Shown here in pieces: positions 11,877 to 27,000 of a DNA stretch of 64,000 bases. How positions within the stretch are numbered: position 1 is the first letter of the stretch; the number at the start of each line of letters is the position of its first letter. The position numbers and the translations under genes were made by a program. The notes beneath the pieces are model-generated. The model was not told the DNA's origin and ran no database searches. It was given only the letters and a program-made list of their open reading frames with translations. The stretch is from Pristiophorus japonicus. Its lineage: Eukaryota. The DNA is taken from contig NW_027254485.1 of assembly GCF_044704955.1 (NCBI RefSeq), forward strand, positions 248,001-312,000, in the 5' to 3' direction.

Positions 11877-13690
11877 CCCCTCCCCCTCCCCCTCCCCACG
11901 CACTACCCCCCTCCCCACACACTCTCCCCCCCTCCCCACACACTCTCCCCCCCTCCCCACACACTCCCCCCTCCCCCCCCCATCCCCACACACACTCCCC
12001 CCCCTCCCCACACACTCCCACCCCCTCCCCACACACTCCCCCCCTCCCCACACACTCCCCCTCCTCCCCACACACTCCCCCCCCTCCCCACACACTCCCC
12101 CCCTCCCCACACACTCCCCCCCCCTCCCCACACACTGCCCCCCCCCTCCCCACACACTCCCCCCCTCCCCTCCCCACACACTCCCCCCCTCCTCCCCACA
12201 CACACTCCCCCCCCTCCACACACACTCCCACCCCCTCCCCACACACTCCCCCCCCTCCCCACACACTCCCCCCCCTCCCCACACACTCCCCCCCCCTCCC
12301 CACACACTCTACCCCCCCTCCCCACACACTCCCCCCTCTCCCCACACACTCCCCCCTCTCCCCCATCCCCACACACTCCCCTCCCCCTCCCCACGCACTC
12401 CCCCCCCCTCCCCACGCACTCCCCCCCCTCCCCACACACTCCCCCCTCGCCCCACACACTCCCCCCATTCCCACACACTACCCCCCTCCCCACACACTCC
12501 CCCCCCTCCCCACACACTCCCCCCTCTCCCCCCCTCCCCACACACTCCCCCCCCTCCCCACACATTCCCCCCCCTCCCCACACATTCCCCTCCCCCTCCC
12601 CACACATTCCCCTCCCCCTCCCCACACATTCCCCCCCTCCCCACACACTCCCCCCCTCCCCTCCCCACACACTAACCCCCTCACCACACATTCCCCGTCC
12701 CCTCCCCCCATCCACACACACTCCCCCCTCCCCCACCCGGCACACACACTCCCCCCCCCCCACACACACACCCCACACACGTCCCCCCCTCCCCACACAC
12801 TCCCCCCCTCTCCCCTCCCATCCCCACACACTCCCCCCCCTACCCACACACTACCCCCCTCACCACACACTCCCCGTCCCCTCCCCCCATCCACACACAC
12901 TCCCAACACCCCTCCCCCCATCCCCACACACTCCCCCTCCCCCCCGGCACACACACTCCCCCCCAACACACACACCCCACACACGTCCCCCCCTCCCCAC
13001 ACACTGCCCCCCCTCTCCCCTCCCAGCCCCACACACTCCCCCCCCCTCCCCACGCACTACCCCCCTCACCACACACTCCCCGTCCCCTCCCCCCATCCAC
13101 ACACACTCCCAACACCCCTCCCCCCATCCCCACACACTCCCCCTCCCCCCCGGCACACACACTGCCCCCCAACACACACACCCCACACACTTCCCCTCCC
13201 TTCCCACACACTCATCCCTCTCCCCCCCATCCCCACACACTCCCCCTCCCCCCCCGGCACACACACTCCCCCCCCCCACCCACACACACACTCCCAACAC
13301 CCCTCCCCCCCATCCCCACACACTCCCCCACCCCACACACTCCCCCTCCCCCCCCACACACACACTCCCCTTCCCCTCCCCCTCCCCCCCACCCTCACGC
13401 GCACTCCCAACCCCCGCTCCCCCTCCCCCCCACACACACACACTCCCCCCCCTTCCCACACACTCATCCCTCTCCCCCCCATCCCCACACACTCCCCCCC
13501 CCCGACACACACACTCCCCCTCCCTCCCCCCACACACACACACTCTCAATAACCACCACCCCCCCCCCACCCGCGACACACACACTCCCCCCCCACCCCA
13601 CACATACTCCCCCCCCGACACACACACTCCCCTTTCCCCCCCCCCACCCCACACACACTCCCCACCCCCCCACACACACACTCCCAACCC
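11877..13690. repeat. C-rich low-complexity repeat (ccccctccccacacact)n; G-rich on the minus strand
   Basis: Direct reading; gives spurious Pro/His/Thr and Gly-rich ORFs. Confidence 0.95.
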
Positions 13691-13729
13691 GGCACTGGTT
13701 GATAGAACCCTACAGGACAGGACTCCATT

Positions 13730-15052
13730 GGGCCCATCGCGCCTGTACCAGCAATATCCGAGGTATCACATTATTCCCACTCCCCCCCCGCTCTTTCCCC
13801 AAAGCCCTGCAGATTTTCCCGATTCAAGTATTTATCCAATTCCCTTTGGAAAAACATGATTAAGTCTGCTCCCACCCCCTCTCCCAGACACTACATTCCA
13901 GATCTTAGCTTGTCGCTGAGGGTATAACAACATTTTTTTTGCTAAATTCCTCATCTTCCCCCTGGATTTTTTGCCAATTGAATTCTATCTGTGACCTCTG
14001 GCCACCCACCCTCCCGGCAGTGGTAACAGTTTCCCCCATCCACTGAACCCCTCACAATCTGGCACACATCCATTACATTCCCCCACGGTATGTGTGGGAT
14101 AGAGTGTACACAGAGGGAGGGTACAGCCCATGGTGTAAATGGGGATAGAGTGTGCACAGAGGGAGGGTCAGCCCACAGTGTGTGGGGATAGAGTGTACAC
14201 AGAGGGAGGGGGTACAGCCCACAGTGTGTGTGGGGATAGAATGTGCACAGAGGGAGCGGGTACAGCCCACGGTGTGTGTGGGGATAGAGTGCACACAGAG
14301 GGAGGGTACAGTCCACGGTGTGTGTGGGGATAGAGTGTACACAGAGGGAGGGGGTACAGTGCACGGTGTATATGGGGATAGAGTGCATGCAGAGGGAGGG
14401 TACAGCCCACGGTGTTTGTGGGGATAGAGTGTACACAGAGGGAGGGTACAGCCCACGGTGTGTGGGGATAGAGTGTACACAGAGGGAGGGTACAGCCCAC
14501 GGTGTGTGGGGATAGAGTGCACACAGAGGGAGGGTACAGCTCACGGTGTGTGGGGATAGAGTGTACACAGAGGGAGGGTACAGCACACGGTGTGTGGGGA
14601 GAGAGTGTACACAGAGGGAGGGTACAGCCCACGGTGTGTGGGGATAGAGTGTACACAGAGGGAGGGTACAGCTCACGGTGTGTGGGACACATCCATTACA
14701 TTCCCCCCTGAACCTTCTCTGCTGTACAGAAGGAGAACAATCCCAGCTTCTGTGGTCGCCCCATGTCACTGAAGCCCCTAATCCATTTCAGTAACTCTCC
14801 CCTGCGGCCTCTCCATGGCCTTGAATTCCTTGGTCCAGTGCGGCTCCGGCAATCCGCCACAATCCACCAGCTGGGGCCTGGCCGGTGATTTACGGCGGTT
14901 GTGGGGAATAACTCCCTTGCCTTTGTGCTCTACGCCTCGGTTTATAAAGCCCAGGATCCCGAGTGCTTTTTACTGAAAAATCTCGGCCACTTGTCCTGCT
15001 GCCCTTCAAAGGTTTGTGTTCACAAACCCACCGGTCTCCTTGGTCCCTGCAA
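13730..15052 (-). mobile_element. Old degenerate CR1 fragment (interrupted at 14085-14686; continues at ~37381-37425 beyond the 24-bp array)
   Basis: Minus strand reads ...HKPLK...KALGILGFINRGVEHKGKGVI..., homologous to KANGMLAFIARGFEYRGREV in the younger CR1 copies of this window. Confidence 0.8.
14085..14686. repeat. ~45-bp minisatellite (gggatagagtgtacacagagggagggtacagcccacggtgtgtg), flanked by a 21-bp direct repeat
   Basis: acacatccattacattccccc at 14064-14084 and 14687-14707. Confidence 0.92.
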
Positions 15053-18000
15053 CCCTGTAATAGTGCACCATTCACCCCCTGTAATAGGGCACCATTCACC
15101 CCCTGTAATAAGGCATAATTCCCTCCCTGTAATAGGGCACATTCATCCCCTGTAATAGGGCACATTCATCCCCTGTAATAGGGCACCATTCACCCCCTGT
15201 AATAGAGCACCATTCACCCCCTGTAATAGGGCACCATTCACCTCCTGTAATAGGGCAAAATTCACCCCCTGTAATAGGGCACCATTCACCCCCTGTAATA
15301 GGACACATTCATCCCCTGTAATAGGGCACATTCACCCCCTGTAATAGGGCACCATTCACCCCCTGTAATAGGGCACCATTCACCCCCTGTAATAGGGCAC
15401 CATTCACCCCCTGTAATAGGGCTCCATTCACCCCCTGTAATAGGGCTCCATTCACCCCCTGTAATAGGGCACCATTCACCCCCTGTAATAGGGCACCATT
15501 CACCTCCTGTAATAGGGCACCATTCACCCCCTGTAATAGGGCACCATTCACCCCCTGTAATAGGGCACCATTCACCCCCTGTAATAGGGCACCATTCACC
15601 CCCTGTAATAGGGCACAATCATCCCCTGTAATAGGGCACATTCATCCCCTGTAATAGGGCACCATTCACCCCCTGTAATAGGGCACCATTCCCCCCCTGT
15701 AATAGGGCACTATTCCCCCCCTGTAATAGGGCACATTCACACCCTGTAATAGGGCTTCATTCTCCCCCTGTAATAGGGCGCCATTCACCGCCTGTAATAG
15801 GGCTCCATTCCCCCTGTAATAGGGCACCATTCACCCCCTGTAATAGGGCACCATTCACCTCTTGTAATAGGGCACCATTCACACCCTGTAATAGGGCACC
15901 ATTCACCCCCTATAATAGGGCACCATTCACCTCCTGTAATAGGGCACCATTCACCCCCTGTAATAGGGCACCATTCACCCCCTGTAATAGGGCACATTCA
16001 CCTCCTGTAATAGGGCACCATTCACCCCCTGTAATAGGGCACCATTCACCCCCTGTAATAGGGCACCATTCACCCCCTGTAATAGGGCACCATTCACCCC
16101 CTGTAATAGGGCACCATTCACCCCCTGCAATAGGGCTCCATTCACCCCCTGTAATAGGGCTCCATTCACCCCCTGTAATAGGGCACCATTCACCCCCTGT
16201 AATAGGGCACCATTCACCTCCTGTAATAGGGCACCATTCACACCCTGTAATAGGGCACCATTCACCCCCTGTAATAGGGCACCTTTCACCCCCTGTAATA
16301 GGGCACCATTCACCCCTGTAATAGGACTCCATTCACCCCCTGTAATAGGGCACCATTCACCCCCTGTAATAGGGCACCATTCACCCCCTGTAATAGGGCA
16401 CATTCACCTCCTGTAATAGGGCACCATTCACCCCCTGTAATAGGGCACCATTCACCCCCTGTAATAGGGCACCATTCACCCCCTGTAATAGGGCACCATT
16501 CACCCCCTGTAATAGGGCACAATTCACCCCCTGTAATAGGGCACCATTCACCTCCTGTAATACGGCACCATTCACCCCCTGTAATAGGGCACCATTCACC
16601 CCCTGTAATACGGCACCATTCACCCCCTGTAATCGGGCACCATTCACCCCCTGTAATCGGGCACCATTCACCCCCTGTAATAGGGCACCATTCACCCCCT
16701 GTAATAGGGCACCATTCACCCCCTGTAATAGGGCACCATTCACCCCCTGTAATAGGGCTCCATTCACCCCCTGTAATAGGGCTCCATTCACCCCCTGTAA
16801 GAGGGCACCATTCACCCCCTGTAATAGGGCACCATTCACCTCCTGTAATAGGGCACCATTCACCCCCTGTAATAGGGCACCATTCACCCCCTGTAATAGG
16901 GCACCATTCACCCCCTGTAATAGGGCACCATTCACCCCCTGTAATAGGGCACAATCATCCCCTGTAATAGGGCACATTCATCCCCTGTAATAGGGCACCA
17001 TTCACCCCCTGTAATAGGGCACCATTCCCCCCCTGTAATAGGGCACTATTCCCCCCCTGTAATAGGGCACATTCACACCCTGTAATAGGGCTTCATTCTC
17101 CCCCTGTAATAGGGCGCCATTCACCGCCTGTAATAGGGCTCCATTCCCCCTGTAATAGGGCACCATTCACCCCCTGTAATAGGGCACCATTCACCTCTTG
17201 TAATAGGGCACCATTCACCCCCTGTAATAGGGCACCATTCACCCCCTATAATAGTGCACCATTCACCTCCTGTAATAGGGCACCATTCACCCCCTGTAAT
17301 AGGGCACCATTCACCCCCTGTAATAGGGCACATTCACCTCCTGTAATAGGGCACCATTCACCCCCTGTAATAGGGCACCATTCACCCCCTGTAATAGGGC
17401 ACCATTCACCCCCTGTAATAGGGCACCATTCACCCCCTGTAATAGGGCACCATTCACCCCCTGTAATAGGGCACCATTCACCTCTTGTAATAGGGCACCA
17501 TTCACCCCCTGTAATAGGGCACCATTCACCCCCTGTAATAGGGCACCATTCACCCCCTGTAATAGGGCACCATTCACCCCCTGTAATAGGGCACCATTCA
17601 CCCCCTGTAATAGGGCACCATTCAGCCCCTATAATAGGGCACCATTCACCTCCTGTAATAGGGCACCATTCACCCCCTGTAATAGGGCACCATTCACCCC
17701 CTGTAATAGGGCACATTCACCTCCTGTAATAGGGCACCATTCACCCCCTGTAATAGGGCACAATTCACCCCCTGTAATAGGGCACCATTCACCTCCTGTA
17801 ATACGGCACCATTCACCCCCTGTAATAGGGCACCATTCACCCCCTGTAATAGGGCACAATTCACCCCCTGTAATAGGGCACCATTCACCTCCTGTAATAC
17901 GGCACCATTCACCCCCTGTAATAGGGCACCATTCACCCCCTGTAATACGGCACCATTCACCCCCTGTAATCGGGCACCATTCACCCCCTGTAATCGGGCA

Positions 18001-21000
18001 CCATTCACCCCCTGTAATAGGGCACCATTCACCCCCTGTAATAGGGCACCATTCACCCCCTGTAATAGGGCACCATTCACCCCCTGTAATAGGGCTCCAT
18101 TCACCCCCTGTAATAGGGCTCCATTCACCCCCTGTAATAGGGCACCATTCACCCCCTGTAATAGGGCACCATTCACCTCCTGTAATAGGGCACCATTCAC
18201 CCCCTGTAATAGGGCACCATTCACCCCCTGTAATAGGGCACCATTCACCCCCTGTAATAGGGCACCATTCACCCCCTGTAATAGGGCACAATCATCCCCT
18301 GTAATAGGGCACATTCATCCCCTGTAATAGGGCACCATTCACCCCCTGTAATAGGGCACCATTCCCCCCCTGTAATAGGGCACTATTCCCCCCCTGTAAT
18401 AGGGCACATTCACACCCTGTAATAGGGCTTCATTCTCCCCCTGTAATAGGGCGCCATTCACCGCCTGTAATAGGGCTCCATTCCCCCTGTAATAGGGCAC
18501 CATTCACCCCCTGTAATAGGGCACCATTCACCTCTTGTAATAGGGCACCATTCACCCCCTGTAATAGGGCACCATTCACCCCCTATAATAGTGCACCATT
18601 CACCTCCTGTAATAGGGCACCATTCACCCCCTGTAATAGGGCACCATTCACCCCCTGTAATAGGGCACATTCACCTCCTGTAATAGGGCACCATTCACCC
18701 CCTGTAATAGGGCACCATTCACCCCCTGTAATAGGGCACCATTCACCCCCTGTAATAGGGCACCATTCACCCCCTGTAATAGGGCACCATTCACCCCCTG
18801 TAATAGGGCACCATTCACCTCTTGTAATAGGGCACCATTCACCCCCTGTAATAGGGCACCATTCACCCCCTGTAATAGGGCACCATTCACCCCCTGTAAT
18901 AGGGCACCATTCACCCCCTGTAATAGGGCACCATTCACCCCCTGTAATAGGGCACCATTCAGCCCCTATAATAGGGCACCATTCACCTCCTGTAATAGGG
19001 CACCATTCACCCCCTGTAATAGGGCACCATTCACCCCCTGTAATAGGGCACATTCACCTCCTGTAATAGGGCACCATTCACCCCCTGTAATAGGGCACCA
19101 TTCACCCCCTGTAATAGGGCACCATTCACCCCCTGTAATAGGGCACCATTCACCCCCTGTAATAGGGCACCATTCACCCCCTGTAATAGGGCACCATTCA
19201 CCTCTTGTAATAGGGCACCATTCACCCCCTGTAATAGGGCACCATTCACCCCCTGTAATAGGGCACCATTCACCCCCTGTAATAGGGCACCATTCACCCC
19301 CTGTAATAGGGCACCATTCACCCCCTGTAATAGGGCACCATTCACCCCCTGTAATAGGGCACCATTCACCCCCTGTAATAGGGCACCATTCACCCCCTGT
19401 AATAGGGCACCATTCACCCCCTGTAATAGGGCACCATTCACCTCTTGTAATAGGGCACCATTCACCCCCTGTAATAGGGCACCATTCACCCCCTGTAATA
19501 GGGCACCATTCACCCCCTGTAATAGGGCACCATTCACCCCCTGTAATAGGGCACCATTCACGCCCTGTAATAGTGCACCATTCACCCCTTGTAATAGGGC
19601 ACCATTCACCCCCTGTAATAGGGCACCATTCACCTCCTGTAATATGGCACCATTCACCTCCTGTAATAGAGCACCATTCACCCCCTGTAATAGGGCTCCA
19701 TTCACCCCCTGTAATAGGGCTCCATTCACCCCCTGTAATAGGGCACCATTCACTCCCTGTAATAGGGCACCATTCACCCCGTGTAATAGGGCTCCATTCA
19801 CCCCCTGTAATAGGGCACCATTCAGCCCCTGTAATAGGACACCATTCACCCCCTGTAATCGGGCACCATTCACCCCCTGTAATAGGGCTCCATTCACCCC
19901 CTGTAATAGGGCACCATTCACCCCCTGTAATAGGGCACCATTCACCCCCTATAATAGGGCACCATTCACCTCCTGTAATAGGGCACCATTCACCCCCTGT
20001 AATAGGGCACCATTCACCCCCTGTAATAGGGCACATTCACCTCCTGTAATAGGGCACCATTCACCCCCTGTAATAGGGCACCATTCACCCCCTGTAATAG
20101 GGCACCATTCACCTCTTGTAATAGGGCACCATTCACACCCTGTAATAGGGCACCATTCACCCCCTGTAATAGGGCACCTTTCACCCCCTGTAATAGGGCA
20201 CCATTCACCCCTGTAATAGGACTCCATTCACCCCCTGTAATAGGGCACCATTCACCCCCTGTAATAGGGCACCATTCACCCCCTGTAATAGGGCACATTC
20301 ACCTCCTGTAATAGGGCACCATTCACCTCCTGTAATAGGGCACCATTCACCCCGTGTAATAGGGCTCCATTCACCCCCTGTAATAGGGCACCATTCAGCC
20401 CCTGTAATAGGACACCATTCACCCCCTGTAATCGGGCACCATTCACCCCCTGTAATAGGGCTCCATTCACCCCCTGTAATAGGGCACCATTCACCCCCTG
20501 TAATAGGGCACCATTCACCCCCTATAATAGGGCACCATTCACCTCCTGTAATAGGGCACCATTCACCCCCTGTAATAGGGCACCATTCACCCCCTGTAAT
20601 AGGGCACATTCACCCCCTGTAATAGGGCACCTTTCACCCCCTGTAATAGGGCACCATTCACCCCTGTAATAGGACTCCATTCACCCCCTGTAATAGGGCA
20701 CCATTCACCCCCTGTAATAGGGCACCATTCACCCCCTGTAATAGGGCACATTCACCTCCTGTAATAGGGCACCATTCACCTCCTGTAATAGGGCACCATT
20801 CACCCCGTGTAATAGGGCTCCATTCACCCCCTGTAATAGGGCACCATTCAGCCCCTGTAATAGGACACCATTCACCCCCTGTAATCGGGCACCATTCACC
20901 CCCTGTAATAGGGCTCCATTCACCCCCTGTAATAGGGCACCATTCACCCCCTGTAATAGGCACCATTCACCCCCTGTAATAGGGCACCATTCACCCCCTG

Positions 21001-24000
21001 TAATAGGGCACCATTCACCCCCTGTAATAGGGCACCATTCACCCCCTGTAATAGGGCACCATTCACCCCCTGTAATAGGGCACCATTCACCTCTTGTAAT
21101 AGGGCACCATTCACCCCCTGTAATAGGGCACCATTCACCCCCTGTAATAGGGCACCATTCACCCCCTGTAATAGGGCACCATTCACCCCCTGTAATAGGG
21201 CACCATTCACGCCCTGTAATAGTGCACCATTCACCCCTTGTAATAGGGCACCATTCACCCCCTGTAATAGGGCACCATTCACCTCCTGTAATATGGCACC
21301 ATTCACCTCCTGTAATAGAGCACCATTCACCCCCTGTAATAGGGCTCCATTCACCCCCTGTAATAGGGCTCCATTCACCCCCTGTAATAGGGCACCATTC
21401 ACTCCCTGTAATAGGGCACCATTCACCCCGTGTAATAGGGCTCCATTCACCCCCTGTAATAGGGCACCATTCAGCCCCTGTAATAGGACACCATTCACCC
21501 CCTGTAATCGGGCACCATTCACCCCCTGTAATAGGGCTCCATTCACCCCCTGTAATAGGGCACCATTCACCCCCTGTAATAGGGCACCATTCACCCCCTA
21601 TAATAGGGCACCATTCACCTCCTGTAATAGGGCACCATTCACCCCCTGTAATAGGGCACCATTCACCCCCTGTAATAGGGCACATTCACCTCCTGTAATA
21701 GGGCACCATTCACCCCCTGTAATAGGGCACCATTCACCCCCGGTAATAGGGCACCATTCACCTCTTGTAATAGGGCACCATTCACACCCTGTAATAGGGC
21801 ACCATTCACCCCCTGTAATAGGGCACCTTTCACCCCCTGTAATAGGGCACCATTCACCCCTGTAATAGGACTCCATTCACCCCCTGTAATAGGGCACCAT
21901 TCACCCCCTGTAATAGGGCACCATTCACCCCCTGTAATAGGGCACATTCACCTCCTGTAATAGGGCACCATTCACCTCCTGTAATAGGGCACCATTCACC
22001 CCGTGTAATAGGGCTCCATTCACCCCCTGTAATAGGGCACCATTCAGCCCCTGTAATAGGACACCATTCACCCCCTGTAATCGGGCACCATTCACCCCCT
22101 GTAATAGGGCTCCATTCACCCCCTGTAATAGGGCACCATTCACCCCCTGTAATAGGGCACCATTCACCCCCTATAATAGGGCACCATTCACCTCCTGTAA
22201 TAGGGCACCATTCACCCCCTGTAATAGGGCACCATTCACCCCCTGTAATAGGGCACATTCACCTCCTGTAATAGGGCACCATTCACCCCCTGTAATAGGG
22301 CACCATTCACCCCCTGTAATAGGGCACCATTCACCTCTTGTAATAGGGCACCATTCACACCCTGTAATAGGGCACCATTCACCCCCTGTAATAGGGCACC
22401 TTTCACCCCCTGTAATAGGGCACCATTCACCCCTGTAATAGGACTCCATTCACCCCCTGTAATAGGGCACCATTCACCCCCTGTAATAGGGCACCATTCA
22501 CCCCCTGTAATAGGGCACATTCACCTCCTGTAATAGGGCACCATTCACCCCCTGTAATAGGGCACCATTCACCCCCTGTAATAGGGCACCATTCACCCCC
22601 TGTAATAGGGCACCATTCACCCCCTGTAATAGGGCACCATTCACCCCCTGTAATAGGGCACCATTCACCCCCTGTAATAGTGCACCATTCACCCCCTGTA
22701 AAAGGGCACCATTCACCCCCTGTAATAGGGCACCATTCCCCCCCTGTAATAGGGCACCATTCACCCCCTGTAATAGGACTCCATTCACCCCCTGTAATAG
22801 GGCACCATTCACCCCCTGTAATAGGGCACCATTCACCCCCTGTAATAGGGCACCATTCACCCCCTGTAATAGGGCACAATTCACCCCCTGTAATAGGGCA
22901 CCATTCACCTCCTGTAATACGGCACCATTCACCCCCTGTAATAGGGCACCATTCACCCCCTGTAATACGGCACCATTCACCCCCTGTAATCGGGCACCAT
23001 TCACCCCCTGTAATCGGGCACCATTCACCCCCTGTAATAGGGCACCATTCACCCCCTGTAATAGGGCACCATTCACCCCCTGTAATAGGGCACCATTCAC
23101 CCCCTGTAATAGGGCTCCATTCACCCCCTGTAATAGGGCACCATTCACCCCCTGTAATAGGGCACCATTCACCCACTGTAATAGTGCACCATTCACCCCT
23201 TGTAAAAGGGCACCATTCACTCCCTGTAATAGGGCACCATTCACCCCCTGTAATAGGGCACCATTCACCCCCTGTAATAGGACTCCATTCACCCCCTGTA
23301 ATAGGGCACCATTCACCCCCTGTAATAGGGCACCATTCACCCCCTGTAATAGGGCACCATTCACCCCCTGTAATAGGGCACCATTCACCCCCTGTAATAG
23401 GGCACCATTCACCTCCTGTAATACGGCACCATTCACCCCCTGTAATAGGGCACCATTCAACCCCTGTAATAGGGCACCATTCACCCCCTGTAATATGGCT
23501 CCATTCACCCCCTGTAATAGGGCTCCATTCACCCCCTGTAATAGGGCACCATTCACCCCCTGTAATAGGGCTCCGTTCACCCCCTGTAATCGGGCACCAT
23601 TCACCCCGTGTAATCGGGCACCATTCTCCCCCTGTAATAGGGCTCCATTCACCCCCTGTAATAGGGCACCATTCACCCCCTGTAATACGGCACCATTCAC
23701 CCCCTGTAATCGGGCACCATTCACCCCCTGTAATAGGGCACCATTCACCCCCTGTAATAGGGCACCTTTCACCCCCTGTAATAGGGCACCATTCACCCCC
23801 TGTAATAGGGCACCATTCACCCCCTATAATAGGGCACCATTCACCTCCTGTAATAGGGCACCATTCACCCCCTGTAATAGGGCACCATTCACCCCCTGTA
23901 ATAGGGCACCATTCACCCCCTGTAATAGGGCACCATTCACCTCCTGTAATAGGGCACCATTCAACCCCTGTAATAGGGCACCATTCACCCCCTGTAATAG

Positions 24001-27000
24001 GGCTCCATTCACCCCCTGTAATAGGGCTCCATTCACCCCCTGTAATAGGGCACCATTCACCCCCTGTAATAGGGCACCATTCACCCCCTGTAATAGGGCA
24101 CCATTCACCCCCTATAATAGGGCACCATTCACCTCCTGTAAAAGGGCACCATTCACCCCCTGTAATAGGGCACCATTCACCCCCTGTAATAGGGCACCAT
24201 TCACCTCCTGTAATAGGGCACCATTCAACCCCTGTAATAGGGCACCATTCACCCCCTGTAATAGGGCTCCATTCACCCCCTGTAATAGGGCTCCATTCAC
24301 TCCCTGTAATAGGGCTCCATTCACCCCCTGTAATAGGGCTCCATTCACCCCCTGTAATAGGGCACCATTCACTCCCTGTAATAGGGCACCATTCACCCCG
24401 TGTAATAGGGCTCCATTCACCCCCTGTAATAGGGCACCATTCAGCCCCTGTAATAGGACACCATTCACCCCCTGTAATAGGGCACCATTCACCCCCTGTA
24501 ATAGGGCTCCATTCACCCCCTGTAATAGGGCACCATTCACCCCCTGTAATAGGGCACCATTCACCCCCTATAATAGGGCACCATTCACCTCCTGTAATAG
24601 GGCACCATTCACCCCCTGTAATAGGGCACCATTCTCCCCCTGTAATAGGGCACATTCACCTCCTGTAATAGGGCACCATTCACCCCCTGTAATAGGGCAC
24701 CTTTCACCCCCTGTAATAGGGCACCATTCACCCCCTGTAATAGGGCACCATTCACCCCCTGTAATAGGGCACCATTCACCCCCTGTAATAGGGCACCATT
24801 CACCTCTTGTAATAGGGCACCATTCACCCCCTGTAATAGGGCACCATTCACCCCCTGTAATAGGGCACCTTTCACCCCCTGTAATAGGGCACCATTCACC
24901 CCTGTAATAGGACTCCATTCACCCCCTGTAATAGGGCACCATTCACCCCCTGTAATAGGGCACCATTCACCCCCTGTAATAGGACTCCATTCACCCCCTG
25001 TAATAGGGCACCATTCACCCCCTGTAATAGGGCACCATTCACCCCCTGTAATAGGGCACCATTCACCCCCTGTAATAGGGCACCATTCACCCCCTGTAAT
25101 AGGGCACCATTCACCTCCTGTAATACGGCACCATTCACCCCCTGTAATAGGGCACCATTCAACCCCTGTAATAGGGCACCATTCACCCCCTGTAATATGG
25201 CTCCATTCACCCCCTGTAATAGGGCTCCATTCACCCCCTGTAATAGGGCACCATTCACCCCCTGTAATAGGGCTCCGTTCACCCCCTGTAATCGGGCACC
25301 ATTCACCCCGTGTAATCGGGCACCATTCTCCCCCTGTAATAGGGCTCCATTCACCCCCTGTAATAGGGCACCATTCACCCCCTGTAATACGGCACCATTC
25401 ACCCCCTGTAATCGGGCACCATTCACCCCCTGTAATAGGGCACCATTCACCCCCTGTAATGGGGCACCTTTCACCCCCTGTAATCGGGCACCATTCACCC
25501 CCTGTAATAGGGCACCGTTCACCCCCTGTAATAGGGCACCGTTCACCCCCTGTAATAGGGCACCATTCACCCCCTGTAATAGGGCACCATTCACCCCCTG
25601 TAATAGGGCTCCATTCACCCCCTGTAATAGGGCACCATTCACCCCCTGTAATACGGCACCATTCACCCCCTGTAATAGGGCACCATTCACCCCCTGTAAT
25701 AGGGCACCATTCACCCCCTGTAATAGGGCACCATTCACCCCCTATAATAGGGCACCATTCACCCCCTGTAATAGGGCACATTCACCCCCTGTAATAGGGC
25801 ACCATTCACCCCCTGTAATACGGCACCATTCACCCCCTGTAATCGGGCACCATTCACCCCCTGTAATAGGGCACCGTTCACCCCCTGTAATAGGGCACCT
25901 TTCACCCCCTGTAATCGGGCACCATTCACCCCCTGTAATAGGGCACCGTTCACCCCCTGTAATAGGGCACCATTCACCCCCTGTAATAGGGCACCATTCA
26001 CCCCCTGTAATAGGGCACCATTCACCCCCTGTAATAGGGCTCCATTCACCCCCTGTAATAGGGCACCATTCACCCCCTGTAATACGGCACCATTCACCCC
26101 CTGTAATAGGGCACCATTCACCCCCTGTAATAGGGCACCATTCACCCCCTGTAATAGGGCTCCATTCACCCCCTGTAATAGGGTACCATTCACCCCCTGT
26201 AATACGGCACCATTCACCCCCTGTAATAGGGCACCATTCACCCCCTGTAATAGGGCACCATTCACCCCCTGTAATAGGGCACCATTCAACCCCTGTAATA
26301 GGGCACCATTCACCCCCTGTAATAGGGCTCCATTCACCCCCTGTAATAGGGCTCCATTCACCCCCTGTAATAGGGCACCATTCACCCCCTGTAATAGGGC
26401 ACCATTCACCCCCTGTAATAGGGCACCATTCACCCCCTATAATAGGGCACCATTCACCTCCTGTAAAAGGGCACCATTCACCCCCTGTAATAGGGCACCA
26501 TTCACCCCCTGTAATTGGGCACCATTCACCCCCTGTAATAGGGCACCATTCACCTCCTGTAATAGGGCACCATTCAACCCCTGTAATAGGGCACCATTCA
26601 CCCCCTGTAATAGGGCTCCATTCACCCCCTGTAATAGGGCTCCATTCACTCCCTGTAATAGGGCTCCATTCACCCCCTGTAATAGGGCTCCATTCACCCC
26701 CTGTAATAGGGCACCATTCACTCCCTGTAATAGGGCACCATTCACCCCGTGTAATAGGGCTCCATTCACCCCCTGTAATAGGGCACCATTCAGCCCCTGT
26801 AATAGGACACCATTCACCCCCTGTAATAGGGCACCTTTCACCCCCTGTAATAGGGCACCATTCACCCCTGTAATAGGACTCCATTCACCCCCTGTAATAG
26901 GGCACCATTCACCCCCTGTAATAGGGCACCATTCACCCCCTGTAATAGGGCACCATTCACCCCCTGTAATAGGGCACCATTCACCCCCTGTAATAGGGCA

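Noticed and set aside
11837-13859. Extensin/mucin-like Pro-rich ORFs (also 51902-54272 and 44237-46195)
   Set aside because: Translations of C/G-run low-complexity repeats that are open in multiple frames.
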